Numbered from the stretch's first letter, positions 26,898 through 36,928 are shown. The stretch is DNA of 64,000 nt from Maribacter sp. (GCA_018679695.1 JAHHKH010000254.1:199-64198); one strand, 5' to 3'. Notes: generated by a model not told the origin, from the sequence alone. Made by a program: numbers and translations.

Positions 26898-28988
26898 ATG
26901 CGAAGTTTTAGAACAGAAATCGAGAATCCGATTGTAGAAAGGGATATTATCCAATTGGAGGCCAAAATCCGACAATTTAAGGAGGGTAAGCTTGATGGGG
27001 AAAAATTTCGAAGTCTTCGTTTGGCCCGCGGTGTTTACGGACAACGGCAATTTGGGGTGCAGATGATCAGAATAAAGCTGCCTTACGGCAAAGTGACTTC
27101 CAAGCAACTTAATAGAATCTGCGACGTTTCCGATGAATATTCTACCGGTAGATTGCATATTACCACGAGGCAAGACATTCAAATTCATTATGTTGATCTC
27201 GACAGGACACCTGAGCTTTGGGCACAATTAGAGAAAGATGAAGTTACATTGCGAGAGGCTTGTGGTAACACTGTTCGAAATGTTACGGCAAGTGAAACAG
27301 CGGGAATCGATATTGAAGAACCCTTTGATGTTTCTCCCTATGCGCATGCCCTTTTTGAGTATTTCTTGCGTAACCCAATAAGTCAGGATATGGGAAGAAA
27401 GTTCAAGGTGTCATTTTCGTCAAGTGATGCGGACACTGGATTGTCCTATATGCATGATATCGGTTTTATTGCAAAAATCGAAAATGGGATAAGGGGTTTT
27501 AAAGTATTGCTGGGGGGTGGGTTGGGTTCACAACCACGCCATGCCGATGAGTTGTTCACTTTTCTTCCCTCAGATAAGATCATTCCATTAATGGACGGTG
27601 TTGTTCGCGTTTTCGATCGGTATGGTGAAAGAAAGAGCAGGGCCAAAGCAAGGTTGAAATTCTTGTTAAAAGAGGTGGGATTAGAAGGTTTCAAAAATCT
27701 TCTAAAGGAAGAACAGAAGGCAGTACCCTTTAAGACATATCCTATTGATACGGACTCGTTTCCAAAGGTAAAAATTGCCAATACACCTTTCCCACAAATC
27801 GAGATTCTTGACCAAAAGGCATATGTACAATGGAAATCAACAAACCTTATACCTCAAAAACAAGAGGGATATGTCGCTATTGGCATAAAAGTCTTATTGG
27901 GTGATTTTTATACGGATAAGGCGCGATTACTAGCCGAATTGGTAGAAAAATATGCAGCTGGGGAAATACGGTTATCCCTTCGTCAAAATATTCTTATCCC
28001 TTATGTAAAGGATGAATTGCTTCCCTTCTTTTACTTGGAATTGGATAAACTTGGTTTTGCCCATGCCGGGTATAATAAAGCCCTAGACATTACCGCATGT
28101 CCAGGAACCGATACATGTAACCTCGGTATTGCCAGTAGTACAGGAATTGCCAGGGAATTGGAAAGAGTAATTAAAGAGGAATACCCGCAGTTTGTCAGTA
28201 ATCCTGATGTGGTTATCAAGATAAGTGGATGCATGAACGCCTGCGGGCAGCATAGTATGGCCAATATTGGTTTCCAGGGCATGTCAATAAATACCAAGGA
28301 CAAACTGGTTGCCCCGGCATTGCAAGTGCTTCTAGGTGGAGGTAATTTAGGAAACGGAAAGGGACTGTTCGCAGATAAAGTGATAAAAGTACCCAGCAAA
28401 AGAGGTCCAGAGGCCTTACGTTTAATATTGAATGATTTTGAGACCAATGGCGGAGGATTATCCTTTGCTGCTTATTATACCGAGAGGGGTAAACCTTATT
28501 TCTATGATTTGTTAAAACCTTTGGGTAATTTGAATAACCTAACGCAAGAAGATTTCATTGACTGGGGCTCAAAAGAAAGATACCGGAAAGCTATTGGCAT
28601 AGGGGAGTGTGCAGGAGTCGTGATTGACCTCATTGCCACCTTGTTATTTGAAAGTGAAGAGAAATTATCAAATGCTATCTCAACTTATCAAAACGGTAAA
28701 TGGGCTGCTAGCATTTATCATTCCTATGCTGCAATGGTGAATGCAGCAAAAGCACTTTTAACAGCTGAAAATACCAAAACGAATACCCATGCAAGTATAA
28801 TAAAGGATTTTGATGCGATTTTTGTGGCCTCCAACAGAATGAAATTGGACAATGGATTTTCTGATTTGGTTTTAAAAATCAACAAATACGAACCAACTGC
28901 TGATTTTGCCAAGCGTTATTTGGAAGATGCACAGGATTTTCTGAATCGTGTCGAAACTTTAAGGAAAATTGATTTGATAAGTGTTTAA
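26898..28988 (+). CDS. assimilatory sulfite reductase hemoprotein (NirA/ferredoxin-type fold) with HEPN-like C-terminal extension
   Basis: 696 aa with two NIR_SIR repeats. Siroheme/4Fe-4S cysteines in CPGTDTC and GCMNACGQH. The last ~130 aa are an extra all-helical domain. Confidence 0.88.
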   Translation: MRSFRTEIENPIVERDIIQLEAKIRQFKEGKLDGEKFRSLRLARGVYGQRQFGVQMIRIKLPYGKVTSKQLNRICDVSDEYSTGRLHITTRQDIQIHYVDLDRTPELWAQLEKDEVTLREACGNTVRNVTASETAGIDIEEPFDVSPYAHALFEYFLRNPISQDMGRKFKVSFSSSDADTGLSYMHDIGFIAKIENGIRGFKVLLGGGLGSQPRHADELFTFLPSDKIIPLMDGVVRVFDRYGERKSRAKARLKFLLKEVGLEGFKNLLKEEQKAVPFKTYPIDTDSFPKVKIANTPFPQIEILDQKAYVQWKSTNLIPQKQEGYVAIGIKVLLGDFYTDKARLLAELVEKYAAGEIRLSLRQNILIPYVKDELLPFFYLELDKLGFAHAGYNKALDITACPGTDTCNLGIASSTGIARELERVIKEEYPQFVSNPDVVIKISGCMNACGQHSMANIGFQGMSINTKDKLVAPALQVLLGGGNLGNGKGLFADKVIKVPSKRGPEALRLILNDFETNGGGLSFAAYYTERGKPYFYDLLKPLGNLNNLTQEDFIDWGSKERYRKAIGIGECAGVVIDLIATLLFESEEKLSNAISTYQNGKWAASIYHSYAAMVNAAKALLTAENTKTNTHASIIKDFDAIFVASNRMKLDNGFSDLVLKINKYEPTADFAKRYLEDAQDFLNRVETLRKIDLISV

Positions 28989-29748
28989 GCAACCAAAATT
29001 AACAGTGGTGGGGGCAGGCCCTGGTGATGCAGACCTCATTACTTTAAAAGGTATTCGGGCCTTATTGGAAGCCAATGTGGTTTTATATGATGCATTGGTC
29101 GATGATGGGTTATTGGGGTATGCACCAAATGCAGAGCATATTTTTGTTGGCAAGCGAAGGGGATGCTATGCCTTTCATCAAGATCAAATAAATGATTTGA
29201 TTGTTTCGAGGGCCAGGACCCATGGGCATGTGATTCGATTAAAGGGCGGAGACCCATTCGTATTTGGCAGGGGAGCGGAAGAAATGGAATATGCAGCCTT
29301 TCACGGTTTGGAGGTGGCTCTGGTGCCAGGTGTATCTTCAGCTGTTTCGGTACCAGCAGCTCAACACATACCAGTGACCAAAAGGGGTTCATCAGAAAGT
29401 TTTTGGGTAATAACCGGAACTACAAAGGACCATAAATTATCCAATGATGTTCATTTAGCGGCCAAATCCAGTGCCACTATTGTGATTCTTATGGGTATGG
29501 GTAAATTATCGGCTATTGTTGACCTCTTTATTCAGGAAGGGAAATCAAATACGGCTATCGCCATTATTCAAAATGGTACCAGAAAAAATGAAAAAGTGGG
29601 TGTGGGCACCGTGGCTTCCATCTTGGAAGTAGTTGAAAAAAAGGAACTGTCAAATCCGGCCATTATCATTATTGGGGAAGTTGTTCAGCACAGGGAACGG
29701 ATTCTGGAAATTCAAAAAAAATATTTAGAAGTTTCATTAGAGCATTAA
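28981..29748 (+). CDS. cobA: uroporphyrinogen-III C-methyltransferase (siroheme branch)
   Basis: 255 aa. VGAGPGD.DL.T.KG and RLKGGDP.VFGRG.EE motifs. GTG start overlaps the sulfite reductase stop by 8 nt. Confidence 0.9.
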   Translation: MFKQPKLTVVGAGPGDADLITLKGIRALLEANVVLYDALVDDGLLGYAPNAEHIFVGKRRGCYAFHQDQINDLIVSRARTHGHVIRLKGGDPFVFGRGAEEMEYAAFHGLEVALVPGVSSAVSVPAAQHIPVTKRGSSESFWVITGTTKDHKLSNDVHLAAKSSATIVILMGMGKLSAIVDLFIQEGKSNTAIAIIQNGTRKNEKVGVGTVASILEVVEKKELSNPAIIIIGEVVQHRERILEIQKKYLEVSLEH

Positions 29749-29750
29749 TC

Positions 29751-30326
29751 ATGGAAAGAAATAATCTTTATCCTATTTTTCTAAAAACCGCTCAGCTATC
29801 CGTATTGATTGTTGGAGGGGGTAATGTTGCTGAAGAAAAACTGACCTTCTTGGCCAAATCAAGTCCAGATGCAAATGTCATAATGGTTTCCCCTGAATTC
29901 AAGACGGGCACATTGGAAGTCGCCAAAAGATATAATGTGAATTTGATTAAGGAGGTATACCATAAGAAATTCCTCAAAGGAAGACATTTGGTTATAGCAA
30001 CTACCAATGATCCTGATATAAATGTCCAGGTTTTCGAAGATTGCCGAAAACTGGATAAATTGGTCAATGTTGCTGATAACCCGCCATATTGCGATTTTTA
30101 TATGGGTGGTATAGTTACTAAAGGAAACGTCAAAATTTCGATTTCGACCAATGGAAAATCACCGACCACTGCCAAAAGACTGCGTCAGTTTTTTGAGGAT
30201 GTTATTCCTGAAGACATCAATCAAATGGTTTTAAATTTAAATACGTACCGAAAAACCATAAAGGGAAATTTTGACCAGAAAGTTGCAAAAATGAATGAGA
30301 TAACCAAGCCATTGATAAATCCATAG
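29751..30326 (+). CDS. precorrin-2 dehydrogenase / sirohydrochlorin ferrochelatase (CysG N-terminal type)
   Basis: 191 aa. Rossmann VLIVGGGNVA and ...NV.D.P..CDF motif of SirC/Met8-like proteins. Confidence 0.85.
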   Translation: MERNNLYPIFLKTAQLSVLIVGGGNVAEEKLTFLAKSSPDANVIMVSPEFKTGTLEVAKRYNVNLIKEVYHKKFLKGRHLVIATTNDPDINVQVFEDCRKLDKLVNVADNPPYCDFYMGGIVTKGNVKISISTNGKSPTTAKRLRQFFEDVIPEDINQMVLNLNTYRKTIKGNFDQKVAKMNEITKPLINP

Positions 30327-30425
30327 AACGGATTAATATGATGATGGCCTAAATATTTGGCGTTTCCTTGTTTATGAATGAACTTTAGCGTTTCTTTACA
30401 TCCTGTTCATTAATAAATTGAAAAT

Positions 30426-30527
30426 GTTATCAAGAAAGGTGGAGGGACTAGACCCTATGAAACCTTGGCAACCCTTTTCCTTAAAGAAGGTGCTACATTC
30501 TATCACGCAAATTGCAGGAAAGATAAC
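30426..30527 (+). promoter_or_regulatory. SAM-I (S-box) riboswitch upstream of metH
   Basis: GTTATCAAGAAAGGTGGAGGGACTAGACCCTATGAAACC..GCAACC...AAGGTGCTACATTCTATCAC...AGATAAC. The core is nearly identical to the copy at 16742. Confidence 0.9.
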
Positions 30528-30646
30528 TCATATTAAACGTTGATCTTCCTTTCTTCCATTCTTGATACATTTAAATTGAATATTGAATCTATAATCTTTG
30601 GGTAGAACATCATTGTAATCATGGATTATAACTAGTAAAGATAGAA

Positions 30647-31648
30647 ATGAAAGATATATTGGAGATATTACAAGAGCGAATTTTGGTTTTAGATGGTGCG
30701 ATGGGAACGATGTTGCAGCGATATGGGTTTACTGAGGACGATTTTCGAGGTGAACGGTTTAAAGATTGGCCTCAACCCTTACAAGGAAATAACGATCTAT
30801 TATCCTTGACACAACCGGAAGCGATTGCGACCGTGCATGCTAAATATCTTGAGGCCGGGGCAGATATTATTGAAACCAATACTTTCTCAGCAACAACCAT
30901 TGCCATGGCTGACTACAAAATGGAGGAATTGGTATATGAACTTAATTTTGAATCTGCCAAAATCGCCAAGAGAGTCGCGGATGAGTATACAGCAAAAAAT
31001 CCCAATAAGCCAAGATTCGTAGTTGGGAGTATTGGGCCCACCAATAAAACTGCAAGTATGTCACCAGACGTGAATGACCCTGGCTATCGGGCAATATCTT
31101 TTGATGAGCTGCGTATTGCTTATAGGCAGCAGGTCGAAGCTTTATTGGATGGGGGAGTGGATCTTCTCTTAGTTGAGACCATTTTTGATACGCTGAATGC
31201 CAAGGCGGCACTTTTTGCTATCGAGGAGGTTAAGGAGGAACGGAATATCGAAGTGCCCATTATGGTCAGTGGAACGATTACCGATGCCTCTGGCAGGACC
31301 TTATCGGGTCAGAATGCAGAGGCTTTCCTGATTTCCATATCCCATATTCCCATTTTATCGGTTGGGTTTAATTGTGCCTTGGGGGCAAGTCAATTGTTAC
31401 CACATCTAGAGGTATTGTCCTCAAGAACCGATTTTGCTATTTCGGCCCATCCGAATGCCGGTTTACCCAATGCTTTTGGGGAATACGATGAAACCCCTGA
31501 ACAAATGGCATTGCAAATAAAGGAATATCTCGAAAAGGGATTGGTTAATATTGTTGGAGGTTGCTGTGGTACCACCCCAGAACATATTAAGGCGATGGTA
31601 GAATTGGTTAAGGATTATAAGCCTCGAAAATCTGTAATTACCGCATAA
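30647..31648 (+). CDS. homocysteine S-methyltransferase domain protein (N-terminal module of split methionine synthase)
   Basis: 333 aa. LDGAMGT, ...ETNTF and GGCCGTTP(E)HI zinc/homocysteine-binding motifs of the MetH Hcy domain. Confidence 0.9.
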   Translation: MKDILEILQERILVLDGAMGTMLQRYGFTEDDFRGERFKDWPQPLQGNNDLLSLTQPEAIATVHAKYLEAGADIIETNTFSATTIAMADYKMEELVYELNFESAKIAKRVADEYTAKNPNKPRFVVGSIGPTNKTASMSPDVNDPGYRAISFDELRIAYRQQVEALLDGGVDLLLVETIFDTLNAKAALFAIEEVKEERNIEVPIMVSGTITDASGRTLSGQNAEAFLISISHIPILSVGFNCALGASQLLPHLEVLSSRTDFAISAHPNAGLPNAFGEYDETPEQMALQIKEYLEKGLVNIVGGCCGTTPEHIKAMVELVKDYKPRKSVITA

Positions 31649-31674
31649 GTAGGTATATATATTTTCATTGAACT

Positions 31675-31956
31675 ATGGTTTTAGAGGTCGCTATATTGAA
31701 CATTAAAGAGGGTATGTCCAAGGATTTTGAACAATCTTTTGCACACGCTTCTTCAATCATTGCCTCAATGAAAGGATATTTGTCACATCAATTAAAAAAG
31801 TGTATTGAAGTAGAATCGCAACATATCCTTTTGGTAAATTGGGAAACTTTGGAAGATCATGGAACCGGTTTTCGAAAATCCCCCCAATACCAAGAATGGA
31901 AAGAATTATTGCATCATTTTTATAAACCTTTTCCACAAGTTTTTCATTACAAATAA
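31675..31956 (+). CDS. antibiotic biosynthesis monooxygenase (ABM / Dabb fold) domain protein
   Basis: 93 aa. Ferredoxin-like pattern with ...W.....H..F..S..Y..W. Its stop codon abuts the next ATG (TAAATG). Confidence 0.7.
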   Translation: MVLEVAILNIKEGMSKDFEQSFAHASSIIASMKGYLSHQLKKCIEVESQHILLVNWETLEDHGTGFRKSPQYQEWKELLHHFYKPFPQVFHYK

Positions 31957-34647
31957 ATGGACAAATCTAAAACTAAATATCTAAAGTTAAGTGGTCTTGA
32001 GCCCTTGGTCGTTACACCTGAAAGTAATTTCATAAATGTTGGTGAACGTGCCAATGTAGCAGGTTCTAGAATGTTTCTTCGACTTATTAAAGAAGGGAAA
32101 TATGAAGAGGCCTTGGATATAGCAAGGCACCAGGTTGAAGGAGGAGCACAAATAATAGACATTAACATGGATGACGGACTTATCGACGGCAAGGTAGCCA
32201 TGGTCAAGTTCTTGAATCTAGTGATGGCAGAACCCGATATTGCTCGCGTACCTATTATGATCGATAGTTCTAAATGGGAGATTATCGAGGCAGGTCTGCA
32301 AGTTGTGCAGGGAAAATGTGTTGTAAACTCTATAAGCCTTAAAGAAGGTAAGGATCAGTTTGTCCATCAGGCGAAACTCATCAAGCGTTACGGGGCGGCA
32401 GTAGTCGTAATGGCCTTTGATGAAGTGGGTCAGGCCGACAATTATGACCGTAGGTTGGAAATTGCAAAGCGTTCGTACGATATTTTGGTCAACGAAGTTA
32501 ACTTTCCTCCCGAGGACATCATTTTTGATTTAAATGTTTTTCCTGTTGCTACAGGTATGGACGAGCATAAACAAAATGCAGTCGACTTTATCGAGGCAAC
32601 CAAATGGGTAAAGGAAAATCTGCCTTATTGCAGTGTAAGTGGAGGTGTAAGTAATGTTTCATTTAGTTTTAGGGGTAATAACCCAGTAAGGGAAGCCATG
32701 CATTCCGTATTCCTTTACCATGCCATTCAAGCTGGAATGAATATGGGGATTGTAAATCCTACCATGCTCGAAGTGTATGATGATATTCCAAAAGACCTAT
32801 TAGATCGGGTCGAGGATGTAATCCTTAACCGAAGGGATGATGCTACCGAAAGATTACTGGATTTTGCCCAGTCAGTTGTTGGCAAGGCGAAGGAGAGAAA
32901 AGTTGATTTGTCATGGCGTGAGGAACCTGTGCAAAATCGCATAACAAGGGCCTTGGTAAAAGGAATTGACCAATATATTGTTGAAGATGTTGAAGAGGCC
33001 AGGAAAAATGTTCAAAAACCCATAGAGGTAATTGAGGGCCATTTGATGACCGGTATGAATGTAGTGGGCGACCTTTTCGGTAGTGGAAAAATGTTCTTGC
33101 CCCAAGTGGTAAAATCAGCGCGGGTAATGAAAAAGGCGGTTGCCTATTTGCTCCCATATATCGAAGAAGAGAAGCTGTTGAATCCACAAGAAGGGGATTC
33201 CCAAGGGGCTGGTAAAATTCTTTTAGCTACGGTGAAGGGCGATGTACATGATATAGGTAAGAATATTGTTAGTGTAGTCCTTGCCTGTAATAATTATGAC
33301 ATCGTTGATTTAGGGGTAATGGTTCCGCCTGAGAAAATCCTTGAAGCCGCCAAAAAGGAAAATGTGGATATTATTGGTTTAAGCGGATTGATTACGCCTT
33401 CATTGGATGAAATGGTATTTTTGGCAAAGGAAATGGAACGACAAAACTTCAATGTTCCTTTGCTAATTGGAGGTGCTACTACCAGTAAAGCCCATACAGC
33501 CGTAAAGATTGATCCACAATATAAAAACGCAGTTGTTCATGTTAATGACGCTTCCAGGGCCGTAACCGTTGTGGGCGATTTATTACAAAATGAAACTGCT
33601 GATGGTTACAAACGCTCCATAAAGCAGGACTACGGGATATTCCGTGAAAAGTTTAAAAACCGCGCACAGCACAAGGAATATAAATCACTTGAAGCCGCTA
33701 GAGCGAATAAGTTTAAAATCGATTGGGAAACTTCCCAAATTAGTAAGCCTAACAAATTTGGAGTTCAGGTTATTGATGATCTTGATCTGGGTAAATTAGT
33801 TCCTTATATTGACTGGAGTCCCTTTTTTAGAAGTTGGGAACTGCACGGAAAATTCCCAGATATCCTGAACGATAAGGTTGTTGGCGAACAAGCCAATGAG
33901 TTATATGCCGATGCCCAGCGTATGTTGAAGGAAGTCTTGGAAAAGAAGTTGTTGAAAGCAAAAGCAGTGTTTGGTATCTTTAAGGCCAATACAATAAATG
34001 ATGATGATATTGAGATTGATTCCGAAGGCAAAAAATATGTTTTTCGTACTTTAAGACAACAGTTGAAAAAACGAGAAGGAGTACCTGATTTTGCACTGTC
34101 GGATTTTATTGCTCCCAAAGAATCGAATATCCAAGATTATATGGGATGCTTTTGCGTAAGTACGGGATTTGGTACTGCCGAATTGGCTGCGGAATATGAG
34201 AAGAACCACGATGATTATAGTGCAATCCTAATAAAAGCATTGGCAGACCGGCTGGCTGAGGCATTTGCGGAGTATTTGCATCGAGAAGTGCGCACAAGCC
34301 ATTGGGGTTATGCGGCTAATGAGCGTTTGAGTAATGAAGATCTGATTAAGGAAGCCTATAAAGGTATAAGACCGGCACCAGGATATCCTGCATGCCCAGA
34401 CCATTTGGAAAAATTGACCATTTGGGAGGTTTTGGGTGTCAAGGAAAAAATAGGTGTTGTGCTTACCGAGAGTTTGGCCATGTGGCCTGCCGCGAGTGTA
34501 AGCGGTTACTATTTTGCGAATCCCGAAGCTCGTTATTTTGGCTTGGGAAAAATAAAGGAAGATCAGGTTAAAGATTTTGCAAATCGAAAAGATATAGAAA
34601 TGGAAAAGGCGGCCAAATGGTTGGCCCCAAATATTGTGGATGATTAG
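31957..34647 (+). CDS. metH: cobalamin-dependent methionine synthase, pterin-binding + B12 cap/B12-binding + AdoMet-activation modules
   Basis: 896 aa. Begins at LSGLEPL...NVGERANV (pterin domain). Contains the DVHDIGKN B12 motif and the C-terminal activation domain ...RPAPGYP.CPDH. Confidence 0.95.
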   Translation: MDKSKTKYLKLSGLEPLVVTPESNFINVGERANVAGSRMFLRLIKEGKYEEALDIARHQVEGGAQIIDINMDDGLIDGKVAMVKFLNLVMAEPDIARVPIMIDSSKWEIIEAGLQVVQGKCVVNSISLKEGKDQFVHQAKLIKRYGAAVVVMAFDEVGQADNYDRRLEIAKRSYDILVNEVNFPPEDIIFDLNVFPVATGMDEHKQNAVDFIEATKWVKENLPYCSVSGGVSNVSFSFRGNNPVREAMHSVFLYHAIQAGMNMGIVNPTMLEVYDDIPKDLLDRVEDVILNRRDDATERLLDFAQSVVGKAKERKVDLSWREEPVQNRITRALVKGIDQYIVEDVEEARKNVQKPIEVIEGHLMTGMNVVGDLFGSGKMFLPQVVKSARVMKKAVAYLLPYIEEEKLLNPQEGDSQGAGKILLATVKGDVHDIGKNIVSVVLACNNYDIVDLGVMVPPEKILEAAKKENVDIIGLSGLITPSLDEMVFLAKEMERQNFNVPLLIGGATTSKAHTAVKIDPQYKNAVVHVNDASRAVTVVGDLLQNETADGYKRSIKQDYGIFREKFKNRAQHKEYKSLEAARANKFKIDWETSQISKPNKFGVQVIDDLDLGKLVPYIDWSPFFRSWELHGKFPDILNDKVVGEQANELYADAQRMLKEVLEKKLLKAKAVFGIFKANTINDDDIEIDSEGKKYVFRTLRQQLKKREGVPDFALSDFIAPKESNIQDYMGCFCVSTGFGTAELAAEYEKNHDDYSAILIKALADRLAEAFAEYLHREVRTSHWGYAANERLSNEDLIKEAYKGIRPAPGYPACPDHLEKLTIWEVLGVKEKIGVVLTESLAMWPAASVSGYYFANPEARYFGLGKIKEDQVKDFANRKDIEMEKAAKWLAPNIVDD

Positions 34648-34657
34648 ATTTGTGTTA

Positions 34658-34706
34658 GGAATTCCAGGATATCCCTGAATTAGTCAAGGGGATATCCTGG
34701 AATTCC
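34658..34706. repeat. 18-bp perfect inverted repeat (hairpin) built from two nested palindromes
   Basis: GGAATTCCAGGATATCCC (34658-34675) and GGGATATCCTGGAATTCC (34689-34706) with a 13-nt spacer. No T-tract follows. Confidence 0.9.
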
Positions 34707-34757
34707 CAATTCAAAGGGTAACAGAAAATATTAAATACTGAAGAAATTCAAGCTTAA

Positions 34758-35711
34758 ATGAAGGTAACGGATCATATAAAAAATGCAAAGGGGGAGACTT
34801 TATTCTCCTTTGAGTTAATTCCACCGGTAAAGGGTAGAAGTATACAGGAGCTCTATAATAACATCGACCCCTTAATGGAGTTTAAACCACCTTTCATTGA
34901 TGTAACGACTTCTCGTGAGGAATATGTTTATATTGATCGTGATGGACTTTTGGATAAAAAGTTAACACGTATGAGACCAGGTACTGTAGGAATTTGTGCT
35001 TCGATACAACATAAGTACCATGTTGATACCGTTCCCCATGTATTGTGTGGTGGATTCACAAAGGAAGAAACAGAATATCTCCTTGTTGATTGTCATTACT
35101 TGGGGATTGAGAATGTGATGGCCTTAAGAGGTGATGCTATGAGGGAGCAAACCTATTTTGAACCTACAAAAGGAGGACATTCCTATGCCATTGATTTAGT
35201 CAAACAGATTAAAAATCTAAACAATGGTAAGTATCTTCACGAAGTGATAGAAACCGATGATTGCGCAAATTTCTGTATTGGCGTAGCTGGATATCCAGAA
35301 AAGCATCTGGAAGCCCCCTCCATGCAGTCAGATTTAAAACGATTAAAAGAAAAAGTTGATGCAGGAGCCGATTATGTCGTCACACAGATGTTCTTCGACA
35401 ATACAAAATTTTTTGAATTTGTGGAAAACGCACGAAAAATGGGAATAAATGTCCCTATTATTCCAGGTTTAAAACCAATCGCGGTCAAAAGACACTTAAA
35501 ATTATTACCACAGGTGTTTCGTATAGATCTACCCCAAGAATTGATTGATGCAATAGATGATTGTAAAGACAACAAAGCAGTTCGTCAAGTGGGGATTGAA
35601 TGGGCCATTCAGCAGTCCAAAGAACTAAAAGCCAAAGGCGTTCCTGTGCTACATTATTATTCAATGGGTAAATCGGATAATATTCATGCGATAGCAAAAG
35701 GCATCTTTTAG
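34758..35711 (+). CDS. metF: methylenetetrahydrofolate reductase
   Basis: 317 aa. FSFE..PP and ...TQ.FFD motifs of MetF. Confidence 0.93.
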   Translation: MKVTDHIKNAKGETLFSFELIPPVKGRSIQELYNNIDPLMEFKPPFIDVTTSREEYVYIDRDGLLDKKLTRMRPGTVGICASIQHKYHVDTVPHVLCGGFTKEETEYLLVDCHYLGIENVMALRGDAMREQTYFEPTKGGHSYAIDLVKQIKNLNNGKYLHEVIETDDCANFCIGVAGYPEKHLEAPSMQSDLKRLKEKVDAGADYVVTQMFFDNTKFFEFVENARKMGINVPIIPGLKPIAVKRHLKLLPQVFRIDLPQELIDAIDDCKDNKAVRQVGIEWAIQQSKELKAKGVPVLHYYSMGKSDNIHAIAKGIF

Positions 35712-35824
35712 AGCTGTCAAAGGATCTTAAAACTTTGATGTAAACCTTTCATAGGACATGTTGTTTACAAAATGTATTAACTTCGTGCGGTGCACAAAGC
35801 ACTACAGAATTACTTTTGCACCTC

Positions 35825-36928
35825 ATGAACCTAAGGTTACTTCCCATATTTATTTTAGTATTTGTTATTGGTTTCCCTCAAAACGAGGACAGGAAATTAA
35901 AAAAACATACCCTTGACCTTAATCAGTATTATGGTTCGATATTGCTTCATAATACTGATATTTCGCATCTTATTTCAGACCATCCGGCAGGTTTTATTTT
36001 AAGTTATAATCGCAAAACGTACGGTGATGAAGTCTGGCAAGAAGAATACAACTATCCCGATATTGGGGGTTCTTTCATCTATCAGAATATGAACAATGCA
36101 ACATTGGGGCATAATATTGGCCTGTATGCACATTATAATTTTTATTTTTTCAAGAGGCTAATGCAATTTCGAATCGGACAGGGAATTGCATTTAATACCG
36201 ATCCTTACGATAAGAATGAAAACTTTAGGAATAATGCTTATGGTTCACATTTTATGAGTTCAACTTACCTAATGTTGAATTATCATAAAGAGAATCTCTT
36301 CAAAAGCCTGGGTTTTAAAGCAGGCATATCCCTTATTCATTATTCAAATGCCAATTTTAAAGCACCGAACACATCAACTAATACTTTTGCTTTGAACGCC
36401 GGTTTGATCTATGATCTAAATGTGGAGAAAACCTATGATTATATAAAAAATGGACCTCAAGACAAAATAATAGAACCTGTCAAATACAATCTGGCCTTTC
36501 GATTTGGTCTGAATGAGAGCGATGTAATTGATTCGGGCCAATACCCTTTTTATATAGTATCTGCCTATGCAGATAAGCGTTTGGCAAGAAAAAATGCCAT
36601 TCAACTTGGCGTAGATGTTTATTTTTCAAACTTTTTAAAGGAACTGATTCGGTTTCAGTCTATTTCTTTTCCAGAAAATGGAGTTTCAGCTGATGATGAT
36701 TATAAGCGTATTGGTGTATTTTTGGGTCATGAATTATTCATTAATAGAATGTCTATTATCACCCAATTAGGGTATTATGTGTATTATCCTTTTGATTTTG
36801 AGGGGCGTATGTATAATAGAATAGGATTAAAACGTTATTTTGGAAATAGGGTATTTGGAGCCATTACATTAAAATCACACGGTGCCAAAGCTGAAGCCGT
36901 TGAATTTGGGATAGGTCTTAGATTATGA
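35825..36928 (+). CDS. acyloxyacyl hydrolase / lipid A deacylase (PagL-like) family outer membrane protein
   Basis: About 367 aa with a signal-like N-terminus. The internal LIHYSNANF motif resembles the H.SNG motif of the acyloxyacyl hydrolase family. Beta-rich C-terminus. An exact TAnnTTTG box at 35811-35818 sits only 7 nt upstream of the ATG. Confidence 0.55.
   Translation: MNLRLLPIFILVFVIGFPQNEDRKLKKHTLDLNQYYGSILLHNTDISHLISDHPAGFILSYNRKTYGDEVWQEEYNYPDIGGSFIYQNMNNATLGHNIGLYAHYNFYFFKRLMQFRIGQGIAFNTDPYDKNENFRNNAYGSHFMSSTYLMLNYHKENLFKSLGFKAGISLIHYSNANFKAPNTSTNTFALNAGLIYDLNVEKTYDYIKNGPQDKIIEPVKYNLAFRFGLNESDVIDSGQYPFYIVSAYADKRLARKNAIQLGVDVYFSNFLKELIRFQSISFPENGVSADDDYKRIGVFLGHELFINRMSIITQLGYYVYYPFDFEGRMYNRIGLKRYFGNRVFGAITLKSHGAKAEAVEFGIGLRL

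Noticed and set aside
28593-28985. HEPN-like domain as a sign of a toxin/abortive-infection or defence module
   Set aside because: The domain is fused in-frame to a metabolic enzyme and lacks an Rx4-6H nuclease motif. It has no MNT/antitoxin partner and sits in a biosynthetic operon. I kept it only as a domain-architecture curiosity.
30647-34647. Possibility that the split metH is a frameshifted pseudogene
   Set aside because: The break coincides with the Hcy/pterin inter-domain boundary. Both parts have intact motifs and proper start and stop codons, and an intact unrelated ORF fills the gap. No frame disruption is visible.
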